Positions 10,158 to 19,962 of a stretch of DNA of 64,000 nt are shown here, piece after piece. The notes beneath the pieces were generated by a model that ran no database searches, was not told where the DNA came from, and worked only from the letters and a program-made list of their open reading frames with translations. The position numbers and the translations under genes were made by a program. The DNA is from an uncultured Bacteroidota bacterium (GTDB lineage Bacteria; Bacteroidota; Bacteroidia; UBA7662; CAMTUB01): NCBI GenBank assembly GCA_947084835.1, contig CAMTUB010000008.1, forward strand, positions 1,524 through 65,523, written 5' to 3'. Numbering within the stretch: the stretch's first letter is position 1; each line of letters begins with the position of its first letter.

Positions 10158-10811
10158 ATGTCAAATATTAAACAAATAGTTGAAAGTACACAAATTCCGT
10201 TCGAAGCCATGCAAGAAATGGTTGAGAAAGGATCGACCCGAAATTTCAAAACAGGCGATTTTGTTTTGCGAGCGGGTCAATCTTTTAAAACTGCTGTAAT
10301 CATTTTATCGGGCAGGGTAAACGTGAGCAGGTATGACGATGACGGAAATGAGTTCTTGTTGTATTATTTAGAAACAGGCCAAGCTTGCGCCTTATCTATA
10401 GTTTGCAGCAATTATTATGAATCGCGGGGAGTTCAAATGGTGGCCGAAACTGAAACCTCGGTGCTGCAAATTGCACATACCGATTTGCAAGGAATTATGC
10501 AAAAATATCCAGCCATGATGAATTTTGTTTTCACGAGTTATAGAGAAAGGTTTGAAGAAATCTTGACTTTGCTAAATCAAGTAGTTTTCAAAAGTTTGGA
10601 TGAACGCTTAGCCTTTTATTTAAAACGTGAAAAAACATCGAGAAACACGAATAAATTAGAAATCACACACGAGCAAATTGCTACGCATTTAAACTCGTCA
10701 AGAGTGGTTATTTCACGTTTATTAAAAACACTAGAACATCAAGGAGCCATTAAACTGCACCGAAACATGATTGAGATTCTAGAAAAAAACAAAGAAAAAT
10801 CATTAAAGTAA
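10158..10811 (+). CDS. Crp/Fnr-family transcriptional regulator
   Basis: 217 aa; cNMP-binding-like beta-roll plus C-terminal HTH (ITHEQIATHLNSSRVVISRLLKTLEHQG). No N-terminal Cys cluster. Confidence 0.85.
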   Translation: MSNIKQIVESTQIPFEAMQEMVEKGSTRNFKTGDFVLRAGQSFKTAVIILSGRVNVSRYDDDGNEFLLYYLETGQACALSIVCSNYYESRGVQMVAETETSVLQIAHTDLQGIMQKYPAMMNFVFTSYRERFEEILTLLNQVVFKSLDERLAFYLKREKTSRNTNKLEITHEQIATHLNSSRVVISRLLKTLEHQGAIKLHRNMIEILEKNKEKSLK

Positions 10812-10859
10812 CCCAAGTTACATACAAGTATATTTTGAAATCGGATATTTGTACAAGTT

Positions 10860-11657
10860 ATGGAAATAGCAGGATACATTGCTTCGATTTTAATTGGAAT
10901 TTCATTAGGGCTTATTGGGGGTGGTGGATCAACTTTAACAGTTCCTGTTCTCGTTTTTTTGTTCGGAATAAATCCTGTTTTATCTACTGCTTACTCTCTT
11001 TTTATTGTAGGATCTACCAGCTTAGTTGGCGTGATTTCTAAAATCAAACAGGGGCATGTACACTTCAAAACTGCTTTAATTTTTGGCATTCCATCCATAC
11101 TTACAGTTTTCATTACTCGTAAATGGATAATGCCTGCAGTTCCAGAAGAGATTTTTATATATTCATCCTTTGTACTAACAAAACCTGTACTTATCATGGT
11201 TTTGTTTGCGCTGCTGATGCTTGGTGCGGCTTACTCCATGATTCGATCTTCTAAAAAAGAAACCGAAGATGTTGCTGTTTCAAACCCTTATATTAATTAC
11301 CTTAGTGTAGTGTTAGATGGGTCAATAGTTGGGCTTTTAACTGGATTTGTAGGAGCTGGGGGTGGCTTTTTAATTATTCCTGCATTAAACCTGTTGTGTA
11401 AACTACCCATAAAGCAGGCTGTCGGAACATCGCTGTTGATAATTGCATCGAAATCACTAATCGGATTTATGGGAGATGTTACGGGAGATGTTATTATAGA
11501 TTGGAGTTTATTATTATCGGTAACTGGATTAGCCATTTTAGGAATACTTATTGGCAATAAGTATTCTAAAAAAATATCCTCAAAAAGAATTAAAAAAGGG
11601 TTCGGATGGTTTGTATTGGCCATGGGAATATACATTCTTGGAAAAGAACTCATTTAA
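10860..11657 (+). CDS. TauE/SafE family sulfite or organosulfur exporter
   Basis: 265 aa polytopic membrane protein with duplicated GGGGS/GAGGGF motifs. Confidence 0.8.
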   Translation: MEIAGYIASILIGISLGLIGGGGSTLTVPVLVFLFGINPVLSTAYSLFIVGSTSLVGVISKIKQGHVHFKTALIFGIPSILTVFITRKWIMPAVPEEIFIYSSFVLTKPVLIMVLFALLMLGAAYSMIRSSKKETEDVAVSNPYINYLSVVLDGSIVGLLTGFVGAGGGFLIIPALNLLCKLPIKQAVGTSLLIIASKSLIGFMGDVTGDVIIDWSLLLSVTGLAILGILIGNKYSKKISSKRIKKGFGWFVLAMGIYILGKELI

Positions 11658-11688
11658 AGTTAGTACCTTAAATCAAAAAGAAAACAAC

Positions 11689-13077
11689 ATGATAATAGAA
11701 CAAATTTATACCGGTTGCTTAGCACAAGGAGCATATTACATTGAATCTGAAGGCGAAGCTGTAGTTATTGATCCGTTACGCGATTCGGCTCCCTATTTAC
11801 AACGCTTAAATGCTTCAGGAGCAAAATTAAAATACGTTTTAGAAACGCATTTTCATGCTGATTTTGTTTCGGGCCATCTTGATTTGGCGCGTGAAGCCAA
11901 TGCAACCATTGTTTTTAGCGATGTTGCCAAACCTAAATATGCAATTCACGGTGCAAAAGATGGCGAAATATTAAAAGTGGGCAAAGTCAGTATAAAAGTT
12001 TTGCATACTCCTGGCCATACACTAGAAAGCGCGTGTTATTTGTTATTGGATGAAAACCAAAACCCGCATGCCATTTTTACGGGCGATACGCTGTTTTTAG
12101 GCGATGTTGGAAGACCCGATTTAGCTGCAAAGTCTGCGCTTACAGTGCAGGATTTAGCAGGTTTATTATACGATTCGTTACATTCTAAAATATTGCCATT
12201 GCCTGATGACCTTATTATTTACCCGGGTCACGGAGCTGGCTCTGCTTGCGGAAAAATGATGAGTAACGATACAGTTGACACGTTAGGAAGACAACGCGTT
12301 TCGAATTATGCGCTACAACCTCAAACCAAAGAGGCATTTGTTGAGGCTGTGACTGAAGGATTAAGTACTCCTCCTGCCTATTTTCCACTAAATGTGCGGT
12401 TAAATAAAGAAGGATACGACAAATTTTCAGATGTTAAAAAACGCGGCATGGTTGCTTTTAAACCAACTGCTTTTAAAGAGGCAGCTGAGTCTACCGATGC
12501 GCTTTTATTAGATACAAGAAGTCCACAATCATTTGCAGCTGGGCATATTCCTAGATCCATAAACATTGGCATCGATGGCGGTTTTGCGCCATGGGCTGGG
12601 GCTTTAATTTCGGATGAAAAGCACCCCATTTTAATTATTGCTGATGAGGGCAGAGCCGATGAAGTGGTGATGCGCTTATCTCGGGTTGGTTTTGATAACA
12701 CCATTGGTTTTTTAGAAGGCGGTTTTGATGCTTGGAAAAAAGAAGGCCTTGAAACTGATTTTGTAGAAACAATTACTGCGCAAGAATTTGCAGAAAAGTT
12801 ATCTCACGATAAGTCATTCCCAATTTTTGACGTGCGCAAACCCACTGAATACATTGCAGGACATATTGCGACAGGCATAAATTACCCGCTTGACGGTATC
12901 AATTTGCATATGCAACAGATTAACGAAAACTCAAAGGCATTTGTGCATTGTGCTGGCGGATATAGATCTATGATTTTTATCTCCATTTTAAAATCACGCG
13001 GATTTCATCACTTTATAGATATCAAAGGGGGTTATTCAGCTATAAAAGAGTCTAATTTATTTGAATTAAAAGCATAG
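11689..13077 (+). CDS. Persulfide-dioxygenase-like metallo-beta-lactamase fused to two rhodanese domains (CstB/PRF-like)
   Basis: MBL motif THFHADFVSGH. First rhodanese lacks the catalytic Cys (IIADEGRA); the second has HCAGGYRS. The ATG at 11689 (MIIEQIYTG) is preferred, because the ORF-track start at 11551 overlaps TauE. Confidence 0.8.
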   Translation: MIIEQIYTGCLAQGAYYIESEGEAVVIDPLRDSAPYLQRLNASGAKLKYVLETHFHADFVSGHLDLAREANATIVFSDVAKPKYAIHGAKDGEILKVGKVSIKVLHTPGHTLESACYLLLDENQNPHAIFTGDTLFLGDVGRPDLAAKSALTVQDLAGLLYDSLHSKILPLPDDLIIYPGHGAGSACGKMMSNDTVDTLGRQRVSNYALQPQTKEAFVEAVTEGLSTPPAYFPLNVRLNKEGYDKFSDVKKRGMVAFKPTAFKEAAESTDALLLDTRSPQSFAAGHIPRSINIGIDGGFAPWAGALISDEKHPILIIADEGRADEVVMRLSRVGFDNTIGFLEGGFDAWKKEGLETDFVETITAQEFAEKLSHDKSFPIFDVRKPTEYIAGHIATGINYPLDGINLHMQQINENSKAFVHCAGGYRSMIFISILKSRGFHHFIDIKGGYSAIKESNLFELKA

Positions 13078-13079
13078 TT

Positions 13080-13379
13080 ATGGCAGAGTCTTTTAACGAA
13101 ATTGTAAAAGGAGAAAAACCCGTTTTGGTAGATTTTTTTGCAGAATGGTGTGGCCCTTGCAAAATGATGCCGCCTATTTTATCCGAAGTTGCATCAACTT
13201 TGGGTGATAAAGTCCGCATTCTCAAAATTGACGTTGATAAAAACCCACAGCCTGCTCGAAGCTATAACGTGCAAGGCGTTCCGACATTAATCATTTTTAA
13301 AAATGGGGAAATTAAGTGGCGCCAATCGGGCGTAATTCAAGCTAAACAGCTTGTACAATTATTGCAGCAATATGTTTAA
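13080..13379 (+). CDS. trxA: Thioredoxin
   Basis: 99 aa; WCGPC active site. Confidence 0.92.
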   Translation: MAESFNEIVKGEKPVLVDFFAEWCGPCKMMPPILSEVASTLGDKVRILKIDVDKNPQPARSYNVQGVPTLIIFKNGEIKWRQSGVIQAKQLVQLLQQYV

Positions 13380-13419
13380 TTTTTTTTACGGCTTTTTTAA
13401 CTTTTATTCGAAACGCGAG

Positions 13420-13905
13420 ATGATTTTAACCGGATTTGGTCTATTATTAGGCGCATTGGGTGGATACCTGTATTGGAAATATATTGGGTGCGCAAGCGGA
13501 ACATGCCCAATTACTGCCAACAAATACATTATGATTGTGTATGGAATAATGGCTGGGGGCTTACTTTTCAGCACTTTTGCGTCTCGATCGTCAATGTTAA
13601 CACCCACAGCTTTAAAAACCGACACATTTAATGAGGCTATGGAATCTGGCACATATACGCTAATAGATTTGCGTCCGAAATCGGAATTTAACAAAGCTCA
13701 TTTTGGAAAAGCAACACATTTCACAGAATACGCTACAGACTTTAGCTCGCTTACCCAATCCTTTTCAGAAGGCAGTAATTTGCTTTTTTATTGTTCTGAT
13801 GGTAAAACGGCAGAAAAGGTGGGATTGTTGTTTAAACGCAAAGGATTCAGATATGTTTATTACTTGGATGGAGGCACGAAAGTAGCTGAAAACCCCATCT
13901 CTTAA
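13420..13905 (+). CDS. Membrane-anchored rhodanese-domain protein (N-terminal two-TM module with a GCxSGxC motif)
   Basis: N-terminus MILTGFGLLLGALGGYLYWKYIGCASGTCPI, followed by a rhodanese domain with active-site loop YCSDGKTA. The start is uncertain: 13372 or 13420. Confidence 0.65.
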   Translation: MILTGFGLLLGALGGYLYWKYIGCASGTCPITANKYIMIVYGIMAGGLLFSTFASRSSMLTPTALKTDTFNEAMESGTYTLIDLRPKSEFNKAHFGKATHFTEYATDFSSLTQSFSEGSNLLFYCSDGKTAEKVGLLFKRKGFRYVYYLDGGTKVAENPIS

Positions 13906-14957
13906 ACACAATCAAAAGCGGAAATATAAACTGGAGAACCTGCCATTGCATCTACCAAATTTTCATCAATATTTTCAGTTGCGATGTAAAAATAAGCTCC
14001 AGAGTTGCCCATAAACCTTTCGAGTATTCCTAATTTGCCCGACTTTTTAAGTCCGATGGTTATCGAAGAGCGTTCATCCATCCAGCTCATTCCCGCATTA
14101 ACGTTAAATTGAGCAAGACACGATTCTTTAAGTTTTATGAGATAATCTTCGTTGCCTTCGGGGCAATAAACTGAATCAAAGGAAATAAAGTGGAATTTTT
14201 TAGGATTAAAAACTCTATTTAGAATCGGAATTTTGGGTGCTACTCTTAAAATAAACTTGCCAGTCCTACCAGGTAAAGCTTTTACTACCCACCTCGAAAA
14301 AAACACCTGTGCTCCGGCTTTTATCTCGCCTTTATCACGAATAACAAAGTAATCGTTATTTTTAAAAGCACTTAAAAACTGAACAAAGTTGTAGTTTTCA
14401 TATTGTGCTGAAAGTTTATCTAAAATCAAAGGCTGTTCCGAGACGGGTAAACGTTCAAAACCATTTGCTTTTTTTGGAAAAAAACGGCTAAAGCCAATGG
14501 TAGAAATGGACGCTATAAGTTTAAAGTCTACCTTTTCAACATTCCGAATCGAACTTTTGTTTTTCTTTTCAACCAAGGCTTGATAAATAGTTGGCTCTTT
14601 TTCTCCAACACGAATCGTCTTCATGGTGGATGCACTGTATTTGCTTATCATTCCTGTTCCGCGGAGTTCAGGATCTGCTGCAAAATAACGAACAAAATAA
14701 GAAGAAAACTGTTTCCCGATACAAGTAACGACACGCTTACTAAACATGGCACAAGCATACACCTTGCCCTCTTTTTCAACCGTTAAAATGGTTGGGCCAT
14801 GCTGGTCTCGCAAATAAGAAATGGTATCTAGCCTATCGTAAAGGGTTTCTCGTGTTCCCCAAGTTACTTTTTTAAGTAAATTTTCGACATCATCGGAAAT
14901 GCGATCTTCACGAAAAATAGTAAAATCCTCAGCTACAACAATTATCTCTTTTTTCAT
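13902..14957 (-). CDS. Hypothetical protein, possibly a two-domain GNAT-like acyltransferase
   Basis: 351 aa. The only cue is an R-G-x-G motif-A-like stretch (AADPELRGTGMISKY). Confidence 0.35.
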   Translation of the reverse strand: MKKEIIVVAEDFTIFREDRISDDVENLLKKVTWGTRETLYDRLDTISYLRDQHGPTILTVEKEGKVYACAMFSKRVVTCIGKQFSSYFVRYFAADPELRGTGMISKYSASTMKTIRVGEKEPTIYQALVEKKNKSSIRNVEKVDFKLIASISTIGFSRFFPKKANGFERLPVSEQPLILDKLSAQYENYNFVQFLSAFKNNDYFVIRDKGEIKAGAQVFFSRWVVKALPGRTGKFILRVAPKIPILNRVFNPKKFHFISFDSVYCPEGNEDYLIKLKESCLAQFNVNAGMSWMDERSSITIGLKKSGKLGILERFMGNSGAYFYIATENIDENLVDAMAGSPVYISAFDCV

Positions 14958-15078
14958 TTGCAGTTCAAAGGTAATCTTTTAGATAAAATATCAAATCCGA
15001 CTTTAAGTATAAAGCAATTCATAGGTCATCTAATTCCTCAAAAATACGTACTTTACAAGCTAGTAGCAGAAATATACA

Positions 15079-15927
15079 ATGTCTGAAAATCCTATTGAAA
15101 TAATAAAATCATCTGGCGAAACCGCTTTATACGAAGAAAACTTATTAAGAAAATCGTTGCTACGCTCTGGCGCAAAAGAAGAAATTGTAACCGAAATTAT
15201 CGATGAAATTGAGCAACAATTATACTCAGGCATAAGTAGTAAAAAAATTTATACGCTTGCTTTTAAGCTTTTACGCAAACGTTCACGCTCTAAAGCTGCA
15301 CGTTACAAACTTAAAAATGCTATCCTTGAACTAGGCCCAACAGGGTTTCCGTTTGAAAATTTTATTTCGAAACTGATGGCAAACAACGGGTATTTTACAC
15401 AAACTGGCATTATTGCTGCAGGGGAGTGTATTACCCACGAAATTGACGTGGTTGCGTATAAAGAAAATGAATTGACGTTTGTTGAATGCAAATTTCACAT
15501 TCACCCTGAAAGCGTATCCGATATTAAGGTACCACTATACATTCATTCGAGGTTTAAAGATGTTGAAAAAACAATGCGCCAAGACCCAGAAAATGCTAAC
15601 AAAACTTTTAAATATTGGATTGTCACCAACACCCGATTTTCGTCCGATGCTTTAAAGTACAGCGAATGTGCTGGAATAAACTTAATTAGTTGGGATTATC
15701 CACGAAACGGAAGCCTCAAAAAAATGATAGATCAGTCTGGCTTGCATCCCATCACCAGCCTTTCATCTCTAACCAAATTAGAGAAGAGAAAACTGCTCGA
15801 TAAAAACATCGTTTTATGTAAAGAGATTGTGCTGCACCCTAAAATGTTAACAGAAATTGGCGTTCAACCTAAAAAAATAAACTTGGTTTTACAAGAAGCT
15901 AAAAGCCTATGCGAACCTTGTAATTAA
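15079..15927 (+). CDS. ATP-cone domain fused to a PD-(D/E)xK (Mrr-like) restriction-endonuclease-fold domain
   Basis: N-terminus IEIIKSSGETALYEENLLRKSLLRSGAKEEIVTEIIDEIEQQLY resembles an ATP-cone. The core THEIDVVAYKENELTFVECKF gives D...E-x-K. Confidence 0.6.
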   Translation: MSENPIEIIKSSGETALYEENLLRKSLLRSGAKEEIVTEIIDEIEQQLYSGISSKKIYTLAFKLLRKRSRSKAARYKLKNAILELGPTGFPFENFISKLMANNGYFTQTGIIAAGECITHEIDVVAYKENELTFVECKFHIHPESVSDIKVPLYIHSRFKDVEKTMRQDPENANKTFKYWIVTNTRFSSDALKYSECAGINLISWDYPRNGSLKKMIDQSGLHPITSLSSLTKLEKRKLLDKNIVLCKEIVLHPKMLTEIGVQPKKINLVLQEAKSLCEPCN

Positions 15928-18758
15928 TACCTTTTCTTGATTTCTCTTTGAGGTAAAACTGTCAATTTAAAGGTGTCTAACATTTCGTTTTTAAGGCTAA
16001 ACTCTACCGTATAACTTCCTTTGGTAAGAAAAGCGAGCGCACTCTCTGCGTTGGTTTTTAAAGCGTATCTCCAAAAATTGATGCCTTTTGAAAACGTTTC
16101 GGTTGATTTAAAAACTACTTTATTAGATGCATCTTTTACCAAAATTGAAACATCGCCATTTTCTTTCACGAATAAAGGAATGCTAATTTCTGGCTTAACG
16201 GTATCGCCCATTTCTATTTTCCCCCATTCAGAACTGAATCGGATTGAATCTTTGATTTCGAATAAAGTGATCGGTTTTTCTAAAACAGACGGAGTTATTT
16301 TATTCATCCATTCCAGAGAAGCTACATAAATCGACCTGCCGTGAGTTGCTACAACTAAATCATTTTCGCGCGATTGAATCGCTAAATCGTGCACCGGAAC
16401 ATGAGGCAAGGTATTTCCGTTTAACCCAAAAAACGTTTTTCCGTTATCGATGCTGCCGTATAAACCATGGTCAGAACCCACAAAAAGCATATTTTCGACT
16501 GATGGGTTTTCAATTATGCAATTCAACGGTTCATTAGGCAGGTTTAGACCTATGCGTTGCCATGTTTTCCCAAAATCTTCAGATACAAAAGCCAGTGCTT
16601 CAAAATTATCGTAAGTATGTCCGTTTAAAATGGCAAAAATTCGGGAGTCTGTGAAATTAGAAAATATCACTTTTCGCACCCAAAAACCCGTTGGCAATCC
16701 TTTAGCTATACTTGCCCAAGTTTCGCCACCATCGTGGGTTAGCTGAATTTGTCCATCATCGGTTCCTATACAAATTCTGCCGAATTTTTTGGCAGATTCA
16801 GCTATGCAAGTTATGGTTCCAAAAGGCACATTTCCAGGTTTTCCACCTAAAGTTAAATCGGGCGAAATGGCTATCATATCATCGCCTTTTTGCATGCTGC
16901 GATACAATTTATTTGCGCCAATGTATAAAATATCTCCATTGTGTTTCGATAACAAAATAGGCGTTTGCCAATTAAATCGGATAGCTTTTTCGCCCAACGT
17001 TATGGCTGGTGTAATGCGTTCCTGTTTATTTGAATTGTCGCGGTTTAAGCGGTAATAATTTCCAAATTGAAATCCGGTATACATGGTTTTGTTGTCACGC
17101 AAATCAACCTGAACTTGCATTCCATCGCCTCCCATTACAGAGCTCCACGCATTTTTACCTGTAGATATCCACCACGGGTTTTCGCCCTTTGCGGTTCCTA
17201 CCCATACTCCGTTATCTTGCAATCCTCCGTAAATATTGTAGGGCTTTGCATTATCTACTTGCACTGTATAAAATTGCCCAACGGGAGGTAATTGAACTTT
17301 GGTGAAATGCTCCCCTGCATCCCACGTTTCGTTAACTCCACCATCGTTTCCGTTTATCCAATGGCCTTCTTGCTTCGGATCCATCCACACAATATGATGA
17401 TCGGAATGCACATTGGTAGTGCTCACTTTTTTAAACGTTTTGCCACCATCTGTACTTTTCATGATAGGTACGCCCATAATTACGATATCAGAATCGGACT
17501 GCGGACTTACAGAAATTTGAGCAAAGTAATATCCATACGAAAAAAACAACTGATCAAAATATCCCGTGTGCGTTCGATTCCAATTTTTACCGCCATTATC
17601 GCTTCTATATACCTCAGCGCCAATTACATGCGTATCAAATAAATCGCGGTTGCCATCAGAAACATAATCAAACAATGCCGCTGGCTTAATTTCTCCTTGC
17701 TGTACCTTTGTTTTTATATCAGAAACCTTTAAATTGTCGGGAAAATCATAGGCATCTAAGTATTGGCCCAATTGAGAATCGGGCAAATTAAAAAATGCCT
17801 CAGCATTTAATTTTAAAAAATATGCTGGCTTTAATATGGTTTTAGATTTGGTCGATTTTTCTTCCTTTTTGCTATTTTGATTATCTAAAACGGCAAAAAT
17901 AAGTCCAGGTGTAAGTGTAGAAAATGTTACTCCAATTCTTCCTATTTTATTGCCCTGAGGAAAGCCTGAACTTTCTAATGAAGCCTTTTTCCATGTGTTT
18001 CCAGCATCAAAGGATTCGTAAATTCCAGATCCAATACCGTTTCCAGTAAAATTCCAAGGAGTGCGAATTCTTTCCCAAGTTGCAGATATGAGGTGATTAG
18101 GATTAAATGGATCGATGGCTAAATCTACCGCTCCAGTTTTATCGTTTACAAATAAGGTATGGCCCCACGTTTTTCCGAAATCGGTGGTTTTAAAAATACC
18201 TCTTTCTTTATTATTGGTAAATAAATGGCCTAAAGCTGCAACATAAGCTGTGCCTGCGTTTTCAGGGTCTAAAACAATTCTTCCTATATGCTGGGTTTCA
18301 GGAAGTCCAAGCCACTCCCAACTTTTGCCTTTGTTTTTGCTTAAATAAATACCGTTACCTGCATAGCTTGATCGGCTAGAGTTGCTTTCGCCTGTACCTA
18401 CCCAAATGGTTTCGTTATTTCTCCAATCAACGGCAATATCGCCAATAGTCATCACTGCTAAAGTGTCGAAAAGGGGCGTAAAAGATGCGCCATTATTGGT
18501 GGTTTTCCATAGCCCTCCGGATGCAAAAGCTACATAGTATTCTCTTGGATTGTTTGGATTTACATCAATATCAACCACTCTTCCGCCCATGATGCTCGGA
18601 CCAATATTGCGAAAAGAAAGGTGAGTTATATCTTCATTAATTAGCTTTTTGCGTGTTTCAGCAGCTTTTTGTTGGTTATTTTGAGGAGTTGAAAGCGTTT
18701 GAGAATGGATAGTTGAACCTCCCAAACATAGAACCAAAAAGAAAAACTTAAACCGCAT
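15924..18758 (-). CDS. Secreted BNR/Asp-box repeat protein (sortilin/VPS10-like, glycosyl-hydrolase-like beta-propellers)
   Basis: Signal peptide from the ATG at 18758. Multiple SxDxGxTW-type Asp-boxes (TTDFGKTWG, SFDAGNTWK, STDGGKTFK, THDGGETWA, SEDFGKTWQ, SIDNGKTFF). Confidence 0.75.
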   Translation of the reverse strand: MRFKFFFLVLCLGGSTIHSQTLSTPQNNQQKAAETRKKLINEDITHLSFRNIGPSIMGGRVVDIDVNPNNPREYYVAFASGGLWKTTNNGASFTPLFDTLAVMTIGDIAVDWRNNETIWVGTGESNSSRSSYAGNGIYLSKNKGKSWEWLGLPETQHIGRIVLDPENAGTAYVAALGHLFTNNKERGIFKTTDFGKTWGHTLFVNDKTGAVDLAIDPFNPNHLISATWERIRTPWNFTGNGIGSGIYESFDAGNTWKKASLESSGFPQGNKIGRIGVTFSTLTPGLIFAVLDNQNSKKEEKSTKSKTILKPAYFLKLNAEAFFNLPDSQLGQYLDAYDFPDNLKVSDIKTKVQQGEIKPAALFDYVSDGNRDLFDTHVIGAEVYRSDNGGKNWNRTHTGYFDQLFFSYGYYFAQISVSPQSDSDIVIMGVPIMKSTDGGKTFKKVSTTNVHSDHHIVWMDPKQEGHWINGNDGGVNETWDAGEHFTKVQLPPVGQFYTVQVDNAKPYNIYGGLQDNGVWVGTAKGENPWWISTGKNAWSSVMGGDGMQVQVDLRDNKTMYTGFQFGNYYRLNRDNSNKQERITPAITLGEKAIRFNWQTPILLSKHNGDILYIGANKLYRSMQKGDDMIAISPDLTLGGKPGNVPFGTITCIAESAKKFGRICIGTDDGQIQLTHDGGETWASIAKGLPTGFWVRKVIFSNFTDSRIFAILNGHTYDNFEALAFVSEDFGKTWQRIGLNLPNEPLNCIIENPSVENMLFVGSDHGLYGSIDNGKTFFGLNGNTLPHVPVHDLAIQSRENDLVVATHGRSIYVASLEWMNKITPSVLEKPITLFEIKDSIRFSSEWGKIEMGDTVKPEISIPLFVKENGDVSILVKDASNKVVFKSTETFSKGINFWRYALKTNAESALAFLTKGSYTVEFSLKNEMLDTFKLTVLPQREIKKRY

Positions 18759-18814
18759 CGCTATTTTTTTCACTAAGATGTGCAAAAATTGGAAAGAAAA
18801 CAGAGAATTGTTTG

Positions 18815-19939
18815 CTACAACTCCGCAATCATCGTTGGAAAATAGGCTGAATAATACCCCATAATACCTCCTTTTAAGCTAAAAACAGCATTTTTAAAGC
18901 CATTATCTAGAGTAATTTGTGCCGCTTTTTTGCTTCGTTGGCCTGCTTTACATACAAAAACTAGAGTTGCATTTTTCGGAATATCTTCCAATCTGTTAGC
19001 TAGATTCGCAAGCGGAATATGAAGGGCGTTTTCAAACGCATGGCGCAAAACTTCTTCTTTGGTTCGCACATCGATGATTTGAAACGGTTTTGCCTGCTCT
19101 ATCCACGAATAAAAACTAGGGGCATCGATTTCTGGAACTAGCGCTAGCTGGCACGCACTTGCTTGAATTGTGGGTATATCTTGCCCTGACCTATGCGGAT
19201 TTTTAGGATTTGGGGGTAACTCCCAAACTTGGGTATCAAAATTTAAGGCATTTAGGGTAAAAAGCTTGCCCGAAAATGTGCTTCCAATGCCAGTAATCAA
19301 CTTTATTGCTTCGTTGGCTTGCAAGGTTCCAATCATTCCGGGCAAAACACCCAGCACTCCGCCTTCTGTGCATGTAGGTACTGAGTTTGGGTCGGGCGAA
19401 AAGGGCCATAAATCGCGGTAATCGATTTTTACGGTATTCACTTCGTGATTAAAAACCGCAACTTGACCTTCGAATTGGTATACTGATCCGTAAACCCACG
19501 GTTTATTTTGAAGCACGCAAGCATCGTTAAGCGCATATCGGCTTTCGAAATTATCGGTACAATCAATTGCTAAATCTACATTAGAGAGGATATCGTGTAC
19601 ATTTTCAACGGTTAACAACCCAATATGCGCAGTGATTTTACAATCGGGATTTAACGCTTCCAGTTTTTGTTTAGCAGCGGCTGCTTTGTGTTTACCTACA
19701 TCGTTGGTATCGAATAAAATCTGGCGTTGAAGGTTGGATATTTCTACAACATCTGCATCAATAAGCGTAATATTCCCCACTCCGGCAGCAGCTAAATACA
19801 AAAGCACAGGGCTTCCTAACCCACCGCAGCCAACTACGAGCAGTTTTGCGTTCAGTAGTTTTTGTTGAGCTTCAATCCCAAATTCAGGTAAAATAAGTTG
19901 ACGGTTATACCGATACATGTCGGGAAATTGACTTTCCAT
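18815..19939 (-). CDS. moeB: Molybdopterin-synthase adenylyltransferase (ThiF/MoeB family) with a C-terminal rhodanese domain (MoeZ/MOCS3-like)
   Basis: VVGCGGLGS nucleotide loop; C-terminal rhodanese loop VFVCKAGQRS. Confidence 0.85.
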   Translation of the reverse strand: MESQFPDMYRYNRQLILPEFGIEAQQKLLNAKLLVVGCGGLGSPVLLYLAAAGVGNITLIDADVVEISNLQRQILFDTNDVGKHKAAAAKQKLEALNPDCKITAHIGLLTVENVHDILSNVDLAIDCTDNFESRYALNDACVLQNKPWVYGSVYQFEGQVAVFNHEVNTVKIDYRDLWPFSPDPNSVPTCTEGGVLGVLPGMIGTLQANEAIKLITGIGSTFSGKLFTLNALNFDTQVWELPPNPKNPHRSGQDIPTIQASACQLALVPEIDAPSFYSWIEQAKPFQIIDVRTKEEVLRHAFENALHIPLANLANRLEDIPKNATLVFVCKAGQRSKKAAQITLDNGFKNAVFSLKGGIMGYYSAYFPTMIAEL

Positions 19940-19962
19940 TGGCTCAAAAATACAACAGCCGT

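Noticed and set aside
11551-11688. N-terminal extensions proposed by the ORF track: 11551 for the MBL fusion, 24213 for nrdJ, 18785 for the BNR protein, 7470 for psd, 46437 for cytochrome c, 30076 for moaD, 1916 for nuoA
   Set aside because: Each extension overlaps the upstream gene or adds residues before an obvious signal peptide or conserved N-terminus. Internal ATG starts fit better.
16021-17642. Series of plus-strand ORFs (63-116 aa) inside the BNR-repeat gene. Similar antisense ORFs lie inside the TonB receptor, nrdJ, the moaC/mog region (30758-31626), narG, nuoL and others.
   Set aside because: These are shadow ORFs on the opposite strand of long, motif-supported genes. Their composition is low-complexity and no independent signals were seen.
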